A stretch of DNA of 64,000 nt from assembly GCF_011045215.1 (NCBI RefSeq), contig NZ_CP049201.1. One strand, written 5' to 3'. This document shows, piece after piece, positions 24,626-33,436 of the stretch; the stretch's first letter is position 1; each line of letters starts with the position of its first letter. This stretch comes from Escherichia coli. GTDB lineage: Bacteria; Pseudomonadota; Gammaproteobacteria; Enterobacterales; Enterobacteriaceae. The notes beneath the pieces were generated by a model. It saw nothing but the letters and a program-made list of their open reading frames with translations. It made no database searches and was not told the DNA's origin. The position numbers and the translations under genes were made by a program.

Positions 24626-25840
24626 ATGAAGATCGTAAAGGCTGAAGTTTTTGTTACCTGTCCGGGGCGTAATTTCGTCACATTAAAAATCACCACTAAG
24701 GACGGTATTACGGGCCTTGGGGATGCCACCCTCAATGGACGTGAGCTTTCCGTGGCCTCTTATTTGCAGGATCACCTTTGTCCGCAGCTTATTGGTCGCG
24801 ATGCGCACCGTATCGAAGATATCTGGCAGTTTTTCTATAAAGGTGCTTACTGGCGTCGCGGTCCGGTTACGATGTCGGCCATTTCAGCGGTTGATATGGC
24901 GCTGTGGGATATTAAAGCCAAAGCTGCCAACATGCCGCTTTACCAGTTACTCGGCGGCGCGTCTCGTGAAGGGGTGATGGTTTATTGCCATACCACCGGT
25001 CACAGTATTGATGAAGCTCTGGATGATTATGCCCGTCATCAGGAGCTGGGATTCAAAGCCATCCGCGTGCAGTGCGGCATCCCTGGTATGAAAACCACCT
25101 ACGGCATGTCGAAAGGTAAAGGTCTGGCTTATGAACCCGCAACCAAAGGACAGTGGCCGGAAGAGCAGCTGTGGTCGACGGAGAAATACCTCGATTTCAT
25201 GCCGAAATTGTTTGACGCGGTACGTAACAAGTTTGGTTTTAATGAACATTTGCTGCATGACATGCACCATCGCTTAACGCCTATTGAAGCGGCGCGCTTT
25301 GGTAAAAGCATTGAAGATTATCGCATGTTCTGGATGGAAGACCCGACGCCTGCGGAAAACCAGGAATGCTTCCGTCTCATTCGCCAACATACCGTCACAC
25401 CCATCGCAGTGGGTGAAGTCTTCAACAGCATCTGGGACTGCAAACAACTGATTGAAGAGCAACTCATCGATTATATCCGCACCACGCTGACCCATGCAGG
25501 CGGAATTACCGGTATGCGCCGGATTGCCGATTTTGCTTCGTTGTATCAGGTACGTACTGGCTCACACGGTCCTTCCGATTTGTCACCAGTCTGCATGGCT
25601 GCGGCGCTGCACTTTGATCTGTGGGTCCCCAATTTCGGTGTCCAGGAATACATGGGTTATTCCGAACAAATGCTCGAAGTCTTCCCGCACAACTGGACTT
25701 TCGATAACGGCTATATGCATCCGGGAGACAAACCGGGTCTTGGCATCGAATTAGATGAAAAGCTGGCGGCGAAATATCCCTATGAACCTGCTTATCTACC
25801 AGTCGCACGTCTGGAAGATGGCACGCTGTGGAACTGGTAA
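24626..25840 (+). CDS. rspA: Starvation-sensing enolase-superfamily protein RspA (mannonate dehydratase-like)
   Basis: [24 protein letters not shown]..., 404 aa from ATG 24626. Confidence 0.9.
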   Translation: MKIVKAEVFVTCPGRNFVTLKITTKDGITGLGDATLNGRELSVASYLQDHLCPQLIGRDAHRIEDIWQFFYKGAYWRRGPVTMSAISAVDMALWDIKAKAANMPLYQLLGGASREGVMVYCHTTGHSIDEALDDYARHQELGFKAIRVQCGIPGMKTTYGMSKGKGLAYEPATKGQWPEEQLWSTEKYLDFMPKLFDAVRNKFGFNEHLLHDMHHRLTPIEAARFGKSIEDYRMFWMEDPTPAENQECFRLIRQHTVTPIAVGEVFNSIWDCKQLIEEQLIDYIRTTLTHAGGITGMRRIADFASLYQVRTGSHGPSDLSPVCMAAALHFDLWVPNFGVQEYMGYSEQMLEVFPHNWTFDNGYMHPGDKPGLGIELDEKLAAKYPYEPAYLPVARLEDGTLWNW

Positions 25841-25851
25841 GGAGTAAGATA

Positions 25852-26871
25852 ATGAAAAGCATATTAATTGAAAAACCGAATCAACTGGCGATTGTCGAAC
25901 GTGAAATACCCACCCCGTCAGCGGGTGAAGTACGAGTAAAAGTGAAACTTGCCGGAATTTGTGGTTCAGATAGCCATATTTATCGTGGGCATAATCCTTT
26001 TGCGAAATATCCGCGCGTCATTGGACATGAATTCTTTGGCGTCATTGATGCGGTGGGTGAAGGTGTGGAAAGCGCCAGAGTCGGTGATCGTGTTGCTGTC
26101 GATCCGGTGGTCAGCTGTGGTCATTGCTATCCGTGCTCAATAGGTAAGCCGAACGTTTGTACGACACTCGCTGTATTAGGTGTGCACGCTGACGGTGGTT
26201 TCAGTGAATATGCTGTGGTTCCGGCAAAAAATGCGTGGAAAATTCCTGAAGCATTGGCCGATCAATATGCGGTAATGATCGAACCTTTTACCATTGCGGC
26301 TAACGTAACCGGTCATGGTCAACCGACTGAAAATGATACCGTTCTGGTTTATGGTGCCGGTCCAATCGGCCTGACGATCGTTCAGGTATTAAAAGGCGTC
26401 TATAACGTTAAAAATGTGATTGTTGCCGATCGCATTGATGAACGACTGGAAAAAGCGAAAGAGAGCGGGGCTGACTGGGTGATTAATAACAGCCAGACAC
26501 CGCTTGGCGAGATTTTCGCTGAAAAAGGCATAAAGCCGACATTAATTATCGATGCGGCTTGTCATCCTTCTATCCTGAAAGAGGCCGTAACGCTGGCTTC
26601 TCCAGCGGCACGTATTGTATTGATGGGCTTCTCCAGTGAACCGTCTGAAGTGATTCAGCAAGGAATTACCGGAAAAGAACTCTCTATTTTCTCTTCACGC
26701 TTAAATGCAAATAAATTCCCGGTCGTTATCGACTGGTTAAGTAAAGGGTTAATTAAACCAGAAAAATTAATTACCCATACGTTTGATTTCCAGCATGTTG
26801 CTGATGCCATTAGTTTATTTGAACAGGATCAAAAACATTGCTGCAAAGTCTTACTCACTTTTTCTGAATAA
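25852..26871 (+). CDS. rspB: Zn-dependent alcohol dehydrogenase-family protein RspB
   Basis: MKSILIEKPNQLAIVEREIP with GICGSDSH and GHEFFG zinc-ADH motifs. 339 aa. Confidence 0.9.
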   Translation: MKSILIEKPNQLAIVEREIPTPSAGEVRVKVKLAGICGSDSHIYRGHNPFAKYPRVIGHEFFGVIDAVGEGVESARVGDRVAVDPVVSCGHCYPCSIGKPNVCTTLAVLGVHADGGFSEYAVVPAKNAWKIPEALADQYAVMIEPFTIAANVTGHGQPTENDTVLVYGAGPIGLTIVQVLKGVYNVKNVIVADRIDERLEKAKESGADWVINNSQTPLGEIFAEKGIKPTLIIDAACHPSILKEAVTLASPAARIVLMGFSSEPSEVIQQGITGKELSIFSSRLNANKFPVVIDWLSKGLIKPEKLITHTFDFQHVADAISLFEQDQKHCCKVLLTFSE

Positions 26872-26928
26872 TACCAATAACGGCGAGTAAGTAGTACGCA
26901 TCTTACCTCTTTTTTAGAGATAACCATT

Positions 26929-27039
26929 ATGACAATAGAAAAACACGAAAGAAGCACTAAGGATTTGGTGAAAGCAGCGGTATCGGGATGGCTGGGCACT
27001 GCGCTTGAATTTATGGATTTCAAGAGTCATGCGTATTAA
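26929..27039 (+). pseudogene. ydfJ: 5' stub of MFS transporter gene ydfJ, truncated by prophage insertion
   Basis: MTIEKHERSTKDLVKAAVSGWLGTALEFMDF (31 codons, the typical LE(F/W)xDF MFS N-terminus) then reads KSHAY* in AT-rich phage-end DNA. In K-12 the same gene is split by Qin. Confidence 0.7.
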
Positions 27040-27058
27040 CTATTTGATAAATATTAAA

Positions 27059-28354
27059 TTAATTTTTCATTGCTTCGTTATGGGGCATGGTTGGGGCAAA
27101 CTCGCTTAACTGTGTATTTAACAAAGCTACCTGTGCATTATTGTTTTCAGACATCCATTTTCCGTATACCTGAAATACCATTTGCGCATCTGCATGGCCC
27201 ATCTGGTTTGCTATAAATGCCGGGTTAGCACCAGCTGTCAGCGACCAGCAGGCATAAGTATGTCTCGACTGATATGATTTTCGATGGCGGAGTCCGGCAC
27301 GTTTTATCGCTGCGTCCCACATCTGCCTTATTGAGTCAACGGTAAAATGGTCACCATAATTTTTTACTCTCGCTGACACTTCAGGTTGAAAAACAAAGGT
27401 GCATTTTTGTTTTTCTGTTCTGCCATACTCTCTGAGGTGAACATCAATGATATGCTCTTTGCTCAGTCTCGTTAATGTCATCTGACTCCGGAGAGCGTCG
27501 ATTGCTGGCTTAATAAGATGAATGACCCGATTGGTTCCCGCCTGTGTTTTTGGTACCGTGAAACGGTCTTTTGCTAAATTTCTCCTGATCATCATTGTTC
27601 CATTTTTCAGATCTATGTCCTCCCATCCAAGTGCACACAGCTCACCAGGGCGAACGCCAGTATAAACAGAAACACACCATAAATTTTTTGCTTGCTGATT
27701 TCTGCACGCATCGATAAGACGGATAAATTCTTCCCGCGAAAGAGGATCCGGAATGGTTCTTGATTCCTTTAATGGCGAGATCCCCTTAAACGGATTATCT
27801 GCCAGGTAACCGTTATCAACACCAAACTGGAACACGGCGTTAAGATTTGTCATGTAATTATTTACAGTTACAGCCGATCTCCCTGGTTGTGTAACAATAT
27901 AGTTACTTTTGGGGGTCTGGTATCCAGTCAGTAGCTCTTTACGAACCTCCAGTAATTTTTCTTTATTAATCGATGAGGCAAGATTTTTTTCACCGATTAT
28001 GCTCAGGATATTTTTGATGACGGCACGGTATGTGTTGAGTGATGTTTTGGCGACTTCAGTTTCTTTCAGTGCCAGAAATTTTTCAGCCAGTTCTTTTATG
28101 GTTAAATCTTGTCGGGCCTCACCAAATTTTTCCAGATTGCGTGAGGAGGGAAACTGTTTTGCATAGTCGAAAACACCAGTTTTTATTGCGTAACAAACAG
28201 AGGAGCGTAGTTCACCTGCAACGCGCCTGTTTTTTGCTGTGTCAGGAACCCCCAGATTTTCCCTGACTCTTACGCCTTTATAAACAAACCAGATACGTAA
28301 TTTCCCTCCATGGTTTTCCACGCCTGTCGGATATTTCATTTCAACTTCTCTCAT
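27059..28354 (-). CDS. Tyrosine integrase
   Basis: 431-aa ORF (an alternative start at ATG 28339 gives MKYPTGVENHGG...). C-terminal catalytic region has R..HxxR..Y-type motifs (SRHTYACW, GHADAQMVFQVYGKW). Sits at the prophage edge next to xis. Confidence 0.9.
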   Translation of the reverse strand: MREVEMKYPTGVENHGGKLRIWFVYKGVRVRENLGVPDTAKNRRVAGELRSSVCYAIKTGVFDYAKQFPSSRNLEKFGEARQDLTIKELAEKFLALKETEVAKTSLNTYRAVIKNILSIIGEKNLASSINKEKLLEVRKELLTGYQTPKSNYIVTQPGRSAVTVNNYMTNLNAVFQFGVDNGYLADNPFKGISPLKESRTIPDPLSREEFIRLIDACRNQQAKNLWCVSVYTGVRPGELCALGWEDIDLKNGTMMIRRNLAKDRFTVPKTQAGTNRVIHLIKPAIDALRSQMTLTRLSKEHIIDVHLREYGRTEKQKCTFVFQPEVSARVKNYGDHFTVDSIRQMWDAAIKRAGLRHRKSYQSRHTYACWSLTAGANPAFIANQMGHADAQMVFQVYGKWMSENNNAQVALLNTQLSEFAPTMPHNEAMKN

Positions 28355-28373
28355 TAGTTAGTGTGGCTTTTAG

Positions 28374-28625
28374 TCAAGTAAGATGACGTCTTGGTCTCGC
28401 TGATGCCTGGCGCTCAATCCAGCGATCAATTTCTTCCAGGTTGTAAAAGCATGGACTGTTATCCCATGGCATACCGTCATGAGCGACATGCTTATATTCC
28501 CTTCCTTCCATAAACGATTTTTCCCGGGCCTTTTTTAACGTACCTTTTTTTATTCCTTTCAGCGCAATTAACTGCTCTTCGGATACCCATTTGCCGGGAG
28601 AGACAATCATGATTACTTCGCTCAT
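28374..28625 (-). CDS. Excisionase-like small DNA-binding protein
   Basis: 83 aa, immediately upstream of int in the same orientation. The calling is based on size and position, with only a weak resemblance to lambda Xis-type winged helix. Confidence 0.65.
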   Translation of the reverse strand: MSEVIMIVSPGKWVSEEQLIALKGIKKGTLKKAREKSFMEGREYKHVAHDGMPWDNSPCFYNLEEIDRWIERQASARPRRHLT

Positions 28626-28697
28626 CGATTTCTTTATCTCTTACATCAGACGAGCGCCGGTTGCAGAATACCAGTCACAACCGGCGACAGTTGAACA

Positions 28698-31169
28698 TTA
28701 AGAATCAGCCTGACTCGGGATCAGTTTTTGCCAGATAACTGAAACGTATTTTGCCTGGTAACGGGCGTCATCAAGTGCATTATGGCGCTCACCTTCGAAT
28801 GGAATAGCCGTTCTGGGATCGAAGTCTATGGCTTTCCCCAGCTCAACGATTGTGCGTACATCGCGATCGTTGTAGTAACGCCACGGGCAGGGGATCCCCT
28901 GCCGTTCGTATGAACGGCGCAAAATCGTGTTGTCGAAGTTGGCTCCATTTCCCCAGACCTGAACAAAAAATTCACCGGAGTTTTCGTCGATAAATTCCCG
29001 CAATTGTAACAGTGCATCATCTAACGGGATTTCATCGGTCATAATGGCAGATTGCGCTTCGCGTGATTGCTTAAGCCACCATTTAATGGTGTCCCGATCA
29101 ATGACTCCGCCAGCAGTTTCCAGATCGATAGTCTTACTAAATTCCGGTCCCATATCTCCGGTTTGCGGATCGAAAAATATTGCACCTATTGAGATGATCG
29201 GGGCATCAGGATTTTTTCCCATGGTTTCAAGGTCGATCATTAGATGGTCACACGTCCTGCTGGTGGATGTGATTTCGTGATGACCGTTCACCTTAATTGA
29301 GTGATCTGCCGTCTCGCCAGTTTCATTATCGCTATTGTGATGCTGATTGCCGCCAGTGTTCTCCTTGTGTGGATGTTCAGCGCCTTCCATTTCCTCCGGA
29401 TCATCTTCCTGAACTTCAACCTGATACTCTTCATCGAATGTTTCTTGGTATGTTGCGTCGCCCATCACCGCGCCACAATCAGGGCAGTTGCCGCCGCCGG
29501 TCTGACCGCAGGCGGTGCAGACTTTTTCCACTTCCTGTTGCGCCACTGGTTCAGGCTGTTTCGTTTCTGGCTCGTTTTGTAACGCATTTGGGCTGTTTTG
29601 TTCCGCTTTTTGGTAGTTCCGTTCCGATTCATGCTGGTTCTGGTTCACAGAATCGCGGGTCTGGATCCCCTTAACCCATTTCGGATCATTCGGGTCACTA
29701 ATCCCTTCAACAAATTCACCACGTGATGCAGCAAGCAACTTATCGGCGTCAGGCTGGCTGATATTGGCTGCCTGCATAATTTTGTTTACTTCGTCAGCGG
29801 TAACTTTTATCGGCTCTGGTTGTTCTGAATCTTCAGCGGTATCTACATTTTGCGGTAAGCCCGTGTATGTGCCATTTTTTCGGGCAAAATATTCTTCTTT
29901 TGTGATTTCAGTGGCGCCAGCAGCCAGTGCCTTATCCAGACCAGAAAGTTTGTTTGCGCGACCGTATTTTTCTCCGTCCTTATCTGCGAAGAGGAAATAG
30001 AACGGCCCCTCACGCTCTACAGATGGTTCAGCTTCCGGCGCGGTTTCATTTTTTGGGATATCAGATACCTCAGTTTCCACTGCATCAGTTTGTGTTTCTG
30101 ATGACTGGAGAACATCAACAGTGCCCAGGTCTGTTTCTTCATTCTCAAACACGCCCTTTGTCGTCAGGTATTCGCAGATATATTTGTTCAGTGCTACGGG
30201 ATCTTTGTGAATGTCGATCGGACGCTCACGGACAAGGCCAAAAATAGTTTGGCGGTCGTAGCGAAGGGCATCAGGCTGTTTGCGCATTGATGCCGAGATA
30301 CGCTTCCAGTCTTCGCGGTCGTTGTCGATAACTTCTTTTTTTGCCCAGCGATGGATGCTGCCGTCAATGTTTCCGGCATCCACATCACCAGGCCAGAGAG
30401 CGTAGGCCAGTTCGTCATCCAGTGTTTTCCATGTCTGCTTGTATTCGCGATGAATGGCAGCAATGACCGGGCTGATTTTTCCTGTTGAATTTTCAGTGTA
30501 CTGTTGATTGGCTCTGGCGCGGGCGAGATCAACAACAGACGTGTATTTTCCGGTTTCCTTGCGTTCACCTTCGCGACGTTTTTTCCAGATGCGCATCTCT
30601 GTCTGAATTTCGGGCCATTTAGCACCAGGAATACATTTATGCTTAACCCACCCAATGGCGTGCAACTTAAGCTCCGGATACATGGCGTTAACTTCTGGCA
30701 TTTTCATCAACGCTTCAACGATATGTCCGTCGAATGTTGCCATGTCTTCCTGCAACAATTCCTGTGTGCTAATAACCATATCAACGGTGATGTTTTCACA
30801 TGTGTCGAACTTAACCATGACAGCGTTCTGTACTTCAGGGGCCAGCTTGTCAAAAGTGACGTTCATCGGATCGGATTCAGTCTCAACCGGGACAAAAGAA
30901 GCAGACTCCTCATCCCAGCGGTTTTCCTGCATATATTCAGCATCCCATGAATCGAGGGCAGGGCGGGGTATGCCAGGTTTATCCTCGCAGATAATAAATT
31001 TATAAGCGCAGTCCTGAGCAGCCGGATAATGTTCCAGGAACTGCCAGTGAAATTTTGCTCGAGCACGGCGTTCGTCGCCAGCTTCAATGGCTGTGGCTAC
31101 AGCCACCGCGCCTTCTCCCCTTGTTGCCAGTTCGTCAGGAATAGCGGCGCAAATAAAGACTTTACTCAT
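28698..31169 (-). CDS. ydfE: YdfE-like 823-aa protein with C-terminal DEDDh 3'-5' exonuclease domain
   Basis: The N-terminus MSKVFICAAIPDELATR... matches my memory of Qin YdfE, which is IS-truncated in K-12. The C-terminus carries the exo motifs DLETMG, WGNGANFDNTIL and HNALDDARYQAKY. There is a 4-Cys knuckle CTACGQTGGGNCPDCG and a long acidic linker. Confidence 0.75.
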   Translation of the reverse strand: MSKVFICAAIPDELATRGEGAVAVATAIEAGDERRARAKFHWQFLEHYPAAQDCAYKFIICEDKPGIPRPALDSWDAEYMQENRWDEESASFVPVETESDPMNVTFDKLAPEVQNAVMVKFDTCENITVDMVISTQELLQEDMATFDGHIVEALMKMPEVNAMYPELKLHAIGWVKHKCIPGAKWPEIQTEMRIWKKRREGERKETGKYTSVVDLARARANQQYTENSTGKISPVIAAIHREYKQTWKTLDDELAYALWPGDVDAGNIDGSIHRWAKKEVIDNDREDWKRISASMRKQPDALRYDRQTIFGLVRERPIDIHKDPVALNKYICEYLTTKGVFENEETDLGTVDVLQSSETQTDAVETEVSDIPKNETAPEAEPSVEREGPFYFLFADKDGEKYGRANKLSGLDKALAAGATEITKEEYFARKNGTYTGLPQNVDTAEDSEQPEPIKVTADEVNKIMQAANISQPDADKLLAASRGEFVEGISDPNDPKWVKGIQTRDSVNQNQHESERNYQKAEQNSPNALQNEPETKQPEPVAQQEVEKVCTACGQTGGGNCPDCGAVMGDATYQETFDEEYQVEVQEDDPEEMEGAEHPHKENTGGNQHHNSDNETGETADHSIKVNGHHEITSTSRTCDHLMIDLETMGKNPDAPIISIGAIFFDPQTGDMGPEFSKTIDLETAGGVIDRDTIKWWLKQSREAQSAIMTDEIPLDDALLQLREFIDENSGEFFVQVWGNGANFDNTILRRSYERQGIPCPWRYYNDRDVRTIVELGKAIDFDPRTAIPFEGERHNALDDARYQAKYVSVIWQKLIPSQADS

Positions 31170-31262
31170 TTTGTTTGAACCTCATGACAGATTTAAGGAT
31201 GAACAAATCCCTGCCATTGCTGGCATATAAGAATGAAACCGGATATTTATTACGGAACTGTT

Positions 31263-31454
31263 TTAAAGACCTGCCGGGATTTCGATATTATCCTGGTGAA
31301 TAACTTTATCGACCGGGTAACAGTTACCGGGAATTTTCTGTTCGGTTGCTGCAGTCATACACTCCTGCATTGTCCTGTGAACACTGACTGCAATATCAAC
31401 TGGCTCTCCGGAAACAAGAAAAACTGTCAGAACAAGCGCAAATGCTGAATTCAT
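31263..31454 (-). CDS. ydfD: YdfD small membrane lysis protein
   Basis: MNSAFALVLTVFLVSGEPVDIAVSVHRTMQECMTAATEQKIPGNCYPVDKVIHQDNIEIPAGL (63 aa). Overlaps the dicB stop as ATGA. Confidence 0.8.
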   Translation of the reverse strand: MNSAFALVLTVFLVSGEPVDIAVSVHRTMQECMTAATEQKIPGNCYPVDKVIHQDNIEIPAGL

Positions 31455-31639
31455 TGTGCACATCCTTTTGGCATCAGACGTAAACGAGCCAGCATTGAAA
31501 CAATGCATATTTTATTTAATAGCTCCCGTTCTTGTTTTCTCTTGTTAATGGCATCTTCAGTAAATACAGGGTTACTGATAGTGACACCAATTTCAAAACA
31601 ACCTTCAGACGTATTAACGTTTGGTAATAACGTTTTCAT
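31451..31639 (-). CDS. dicB: Cell division inhibitor DicB
   Basis: MKTLLPNVNTSEGCFEIGVTISNPVFTEDAINKRKQERELLNKICIVSMLARLRLMPKGCAQ (62 aa) matches remembered DicB. Lies downstream of dicF as in Qin. Confidence 0.85.
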   Translation of the reverse strand: MKTLLPNVNTSEGCFEIGVTISNPVFTEDAINKRKQERELLNKICIVSMLARLRLMPKGCAQ

Positions 31640-31807
31640 TATCGCGTCCTCAACAATGAATTTTGTGATGCAGTGCCTGGTGCCTCCAGGTGACGTTAAC
31701 CAGTTAACAATTAACGCCGGATACAGAGAATCCACCCATAACACTGTTTTTGGTTTTAACTGTTCCGCGTGCGCTTAGCCGCATTCACCGCATCACAAAA
31801 TTCACTT

Positions 31808-31865
31808 TAAAAACGGCGGCAGAGCAGTCACGGAGTAAAACTGATACCGCCAAACGTCACCAGAA
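31808..31865 (-). ncRNA. dicF: DicF sRNA (ftsZ-targeting Hfq-dependent antisense RNA)
   Basis: The minus strand reads tttctggtgacgtttggcggtatcagttttactccgtgactgctctgccgccgttttt. This is essentially the K-12 DicF sequence as I remember it, including the terminator stem and U tail. Confidence 0.85.
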
Positions 31866-32125
31866 AATTGATAACAGAGGGCGTTGCAGCGGGGTTGTCA
31901 CTTAAGCGTATGGTCAACCTGACAACTCGGTGTCCTCAACGGGGAAGGAATAACCCCGCCATACTTACCGCCGCGCCATTTCGCGGATTGCCACAACCGG
32001 AAGCGCACGGTCGAATTAAATTTACCGACACCGTACAGTTAGACGAATTTCGCCGTGCGCTTTCGTGTTGTGTGCCTGCTTTTAACCACGTCAGGCGAGG
32101 TGGTATCCTTAAAATCACCACAGTT

Positions 32126-32701
32126 TTAAGGATTCATTAAGCAATGTCGCAACCACCAATAAATCCGCTTAAGAACATGAAAATTGATTACTGGTATAAA
32201 GCGCTTACAGTTGTTGGCGCTGCGTTGTTTGTCTTTAATGGAACGTCTTTTTTTGACAGATATCCCGTTGTTCCATTGGGTTTTTTGTCCTCCGGCATCT
32301 TTTTTATTGGTTTGGGGGAGTGGATTAATCACCCTCTCAAAGTGAGATTTATTGGTCCTGGGGTTTGGACTCGTGGATATAATCGTTCTTCGTGCGCACT
32401 CGGCATCATCTTCGACATACTTGGTTGTTTCCTGATTGTTACAGGAGTCGTCAAGTTCTTCTGATGTAAAACCGCAAATGGGGCACGTAACGGGAATTTT
32501 GAAAAGCGTTTCTCCGGGTTCCAGAACAAAATTTTCTGCGGTCTGATTTTGCTTCTCATATTTGTGCTCCGCGTCATTGTGAGAGCACATTCTTATTCTG
32601 AGTGCCTGTTTAAACTCACTGAAGCTGAGAGCTTCTTCGCCTTCGGCAAGGCCTTCGAAGTATTCTTCGTAAGCCTTTTCCATGATTGTGTCGAAATCCA
32701 T
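32126..32701 (-). CDS. YdfB-like ORF extended to 191 codons (the 3' 60% is antisense to a membrane-protein ORF)
   Basis: ATG 32701 lies 2 nt after the ydfA stop. The N-terminal MDFDTIMEKAYEEYFEGLAEGEEALSFSEFKQAL... looks protein-like. The C-terminal half is K/R/N-rich low complexity. It is doubtful that the whole ORF is translated. Confidence 0.4.
   Translation of the reverse strand: MDFDTIMEKAYEEYFEGLAEGEEALSFSEFKQALRIRMCSHNDAEHKYEKQNQTAENFVLEPGETLFKIPVTCPICGFTSEELDDSCNNQETTKYVEDDAECARRTIISTSPNPRTNKSHFERVINPLPQTNKKDAGGQKTQWNNGISVKKRRSIKDKQRSANNCKRFIPVINFHVLKRIYWWLRHCLMNP
32144..32464 (+). CDS. Hypothetical 106-aa protein with three hydrophobic segments (possible lysogen-expressed moron)
   Basis: Hydrophobic stretches are KALTVVGAALFVFNG, VVPLGFLSSGIFFIGLG and CALGIIFDILGCFLIVTGVV, with T-rich codon use. 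It is the only + strand ORF inside the leftward early operon, and its SD is weak. Confidence 0.45.
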   Translation: MSQPPINPLKNMKIDYWYKALTVVGAALFVFNGTSFFDRYPVVPLGFLSSGIFFIGLGEWINHPLKVRFIGPGVWTRGYNRSSCALGIIFDILGCFLIVTGVVKFF

Positions 32702-32702
32702 A

Positions 32703-32858
32703 TCACTCACCTGAGTTTCTTTCCAGCCAGCGACGGGCACCATTTTCGGTTTTAAACGTTTTGCTTTTGGTATACGTCATCGCGGTGAACGTGCCGTCCT
32801 GGTTGGGGAACACGCCACATACCAGAGATTCGCTGTTGCCAAGATCGATAGTATCCAT
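32703..32858 (-). CDS. ydfA: YdfA (DUF1391) small protein
   Basis: MDTIDLGNSESLVCGVFPNQDGTFTAMTYTKSKTFKTENGARRWLERNSGE (51 aa), close to remembered Qin YdfA. Confidence 0.85.
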   Translation of the reverse strand: MDTIDLGNSESLVCGVFPNQDGTFTAMTYTKSKTFKTENGARRWLERNSGE

Positions 32859-32938
32859 GCTGACCTCATTTCCCCTTAACGCCTGGGTAGCGGAACTGTT
32901 TGCTGAGAACACCGTGCGGTGTCTTGATGGAAATTAAT

Positions 32939-32991
32939 TTAGAATAATCTAACATGATAGGCAAGTGTTTTTTGTTAGGTTAGTCTAACAA
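32939..32991. promoter_or_regulatory. Operator-like palindromes between the dicA stop and ydfA (candidate DicA-controlled promoter of the leftward dicB operon)
   Basis: TTAGAataaTCTAA (32939-32952) and ttgTTAGgttagtCTAAcaa (32972-32991). A minus-strand TTGCCT-N17-TAAATT promoter candidate overlaps them. Confidence 0.45.
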
Positions 32992-33026
32992 AAAGAGTGA
33001 GCGCAACTAATCACTTGAAAAGAATG

Positions 33027-33434
33027 TTATTTTATTGATTTATTTTTACGCGCTTTAAGCATTTCTTCGAAGAGTTTGTTGAAGTTTTCTACTCTTGCGC
33101 GCATTTCAGACAGCAAGGCTTCCTGCTCGGAAGATGGAAGAGCATCGAATAATTCGATCAATTCTTTGTGGTTGGGAGTTAGCTCTGTTTCCACATGAAG
33201 TTCTTGTGCAGGCACTGGTGCCTTGTCTTCATCACCAAACATTAGCCATGTAGGTGAGCACTTCAGAGCATCCGCTAAAGCAAACAATCGTTTTCCGACT
33301 GGCTGGGTTTCGTCTCTTTCCCATTGTGAAATTGTGACGTGAGCAACTCCAGCGAGGCGCGCAGCTTCTCGTTGTGTTAAGCGTAATTCTTTTCGTCGCG
33401 CCAGAACTCGCTGGCCTAGGGTTCTTGTATCCAT
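33027..33434 (-). CDS. dicA: DicA-like CI-type repressor (HTH_XRE)
   Basis: 135 aa. LTQREAARLAGVAHVTISQWERDETQPVGKRLFALADALKCSPTWLMFGDEDK and the C-terminus MRARVENFNKLFEEMLKARK are colinear with remembered K-12 DicA. Confidence 0.85.
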   Translation of the reverse strand: MDTRTLGQRVLARRKELRLTQREAARLAGVAHVTISQWERDETQPVGKRLFALADALKCSPTWLMFGDEDKAPVPAQELHVETELTPNHKELIELFDALPSSEQEALLSEMRARVENFNKLFEEMLKARKNKSIK

Positions 33435-33436
33435 AG

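Noticed and set aside
29044-31087. Multiple 64-153-aa ORFs on both strands inside the ydfE-like gene
   Set aside because: All are nested in the 823-aa frame, which has recognisable exonuclease motifs and K-12 YdfE N-terminal identity. None has independent support.
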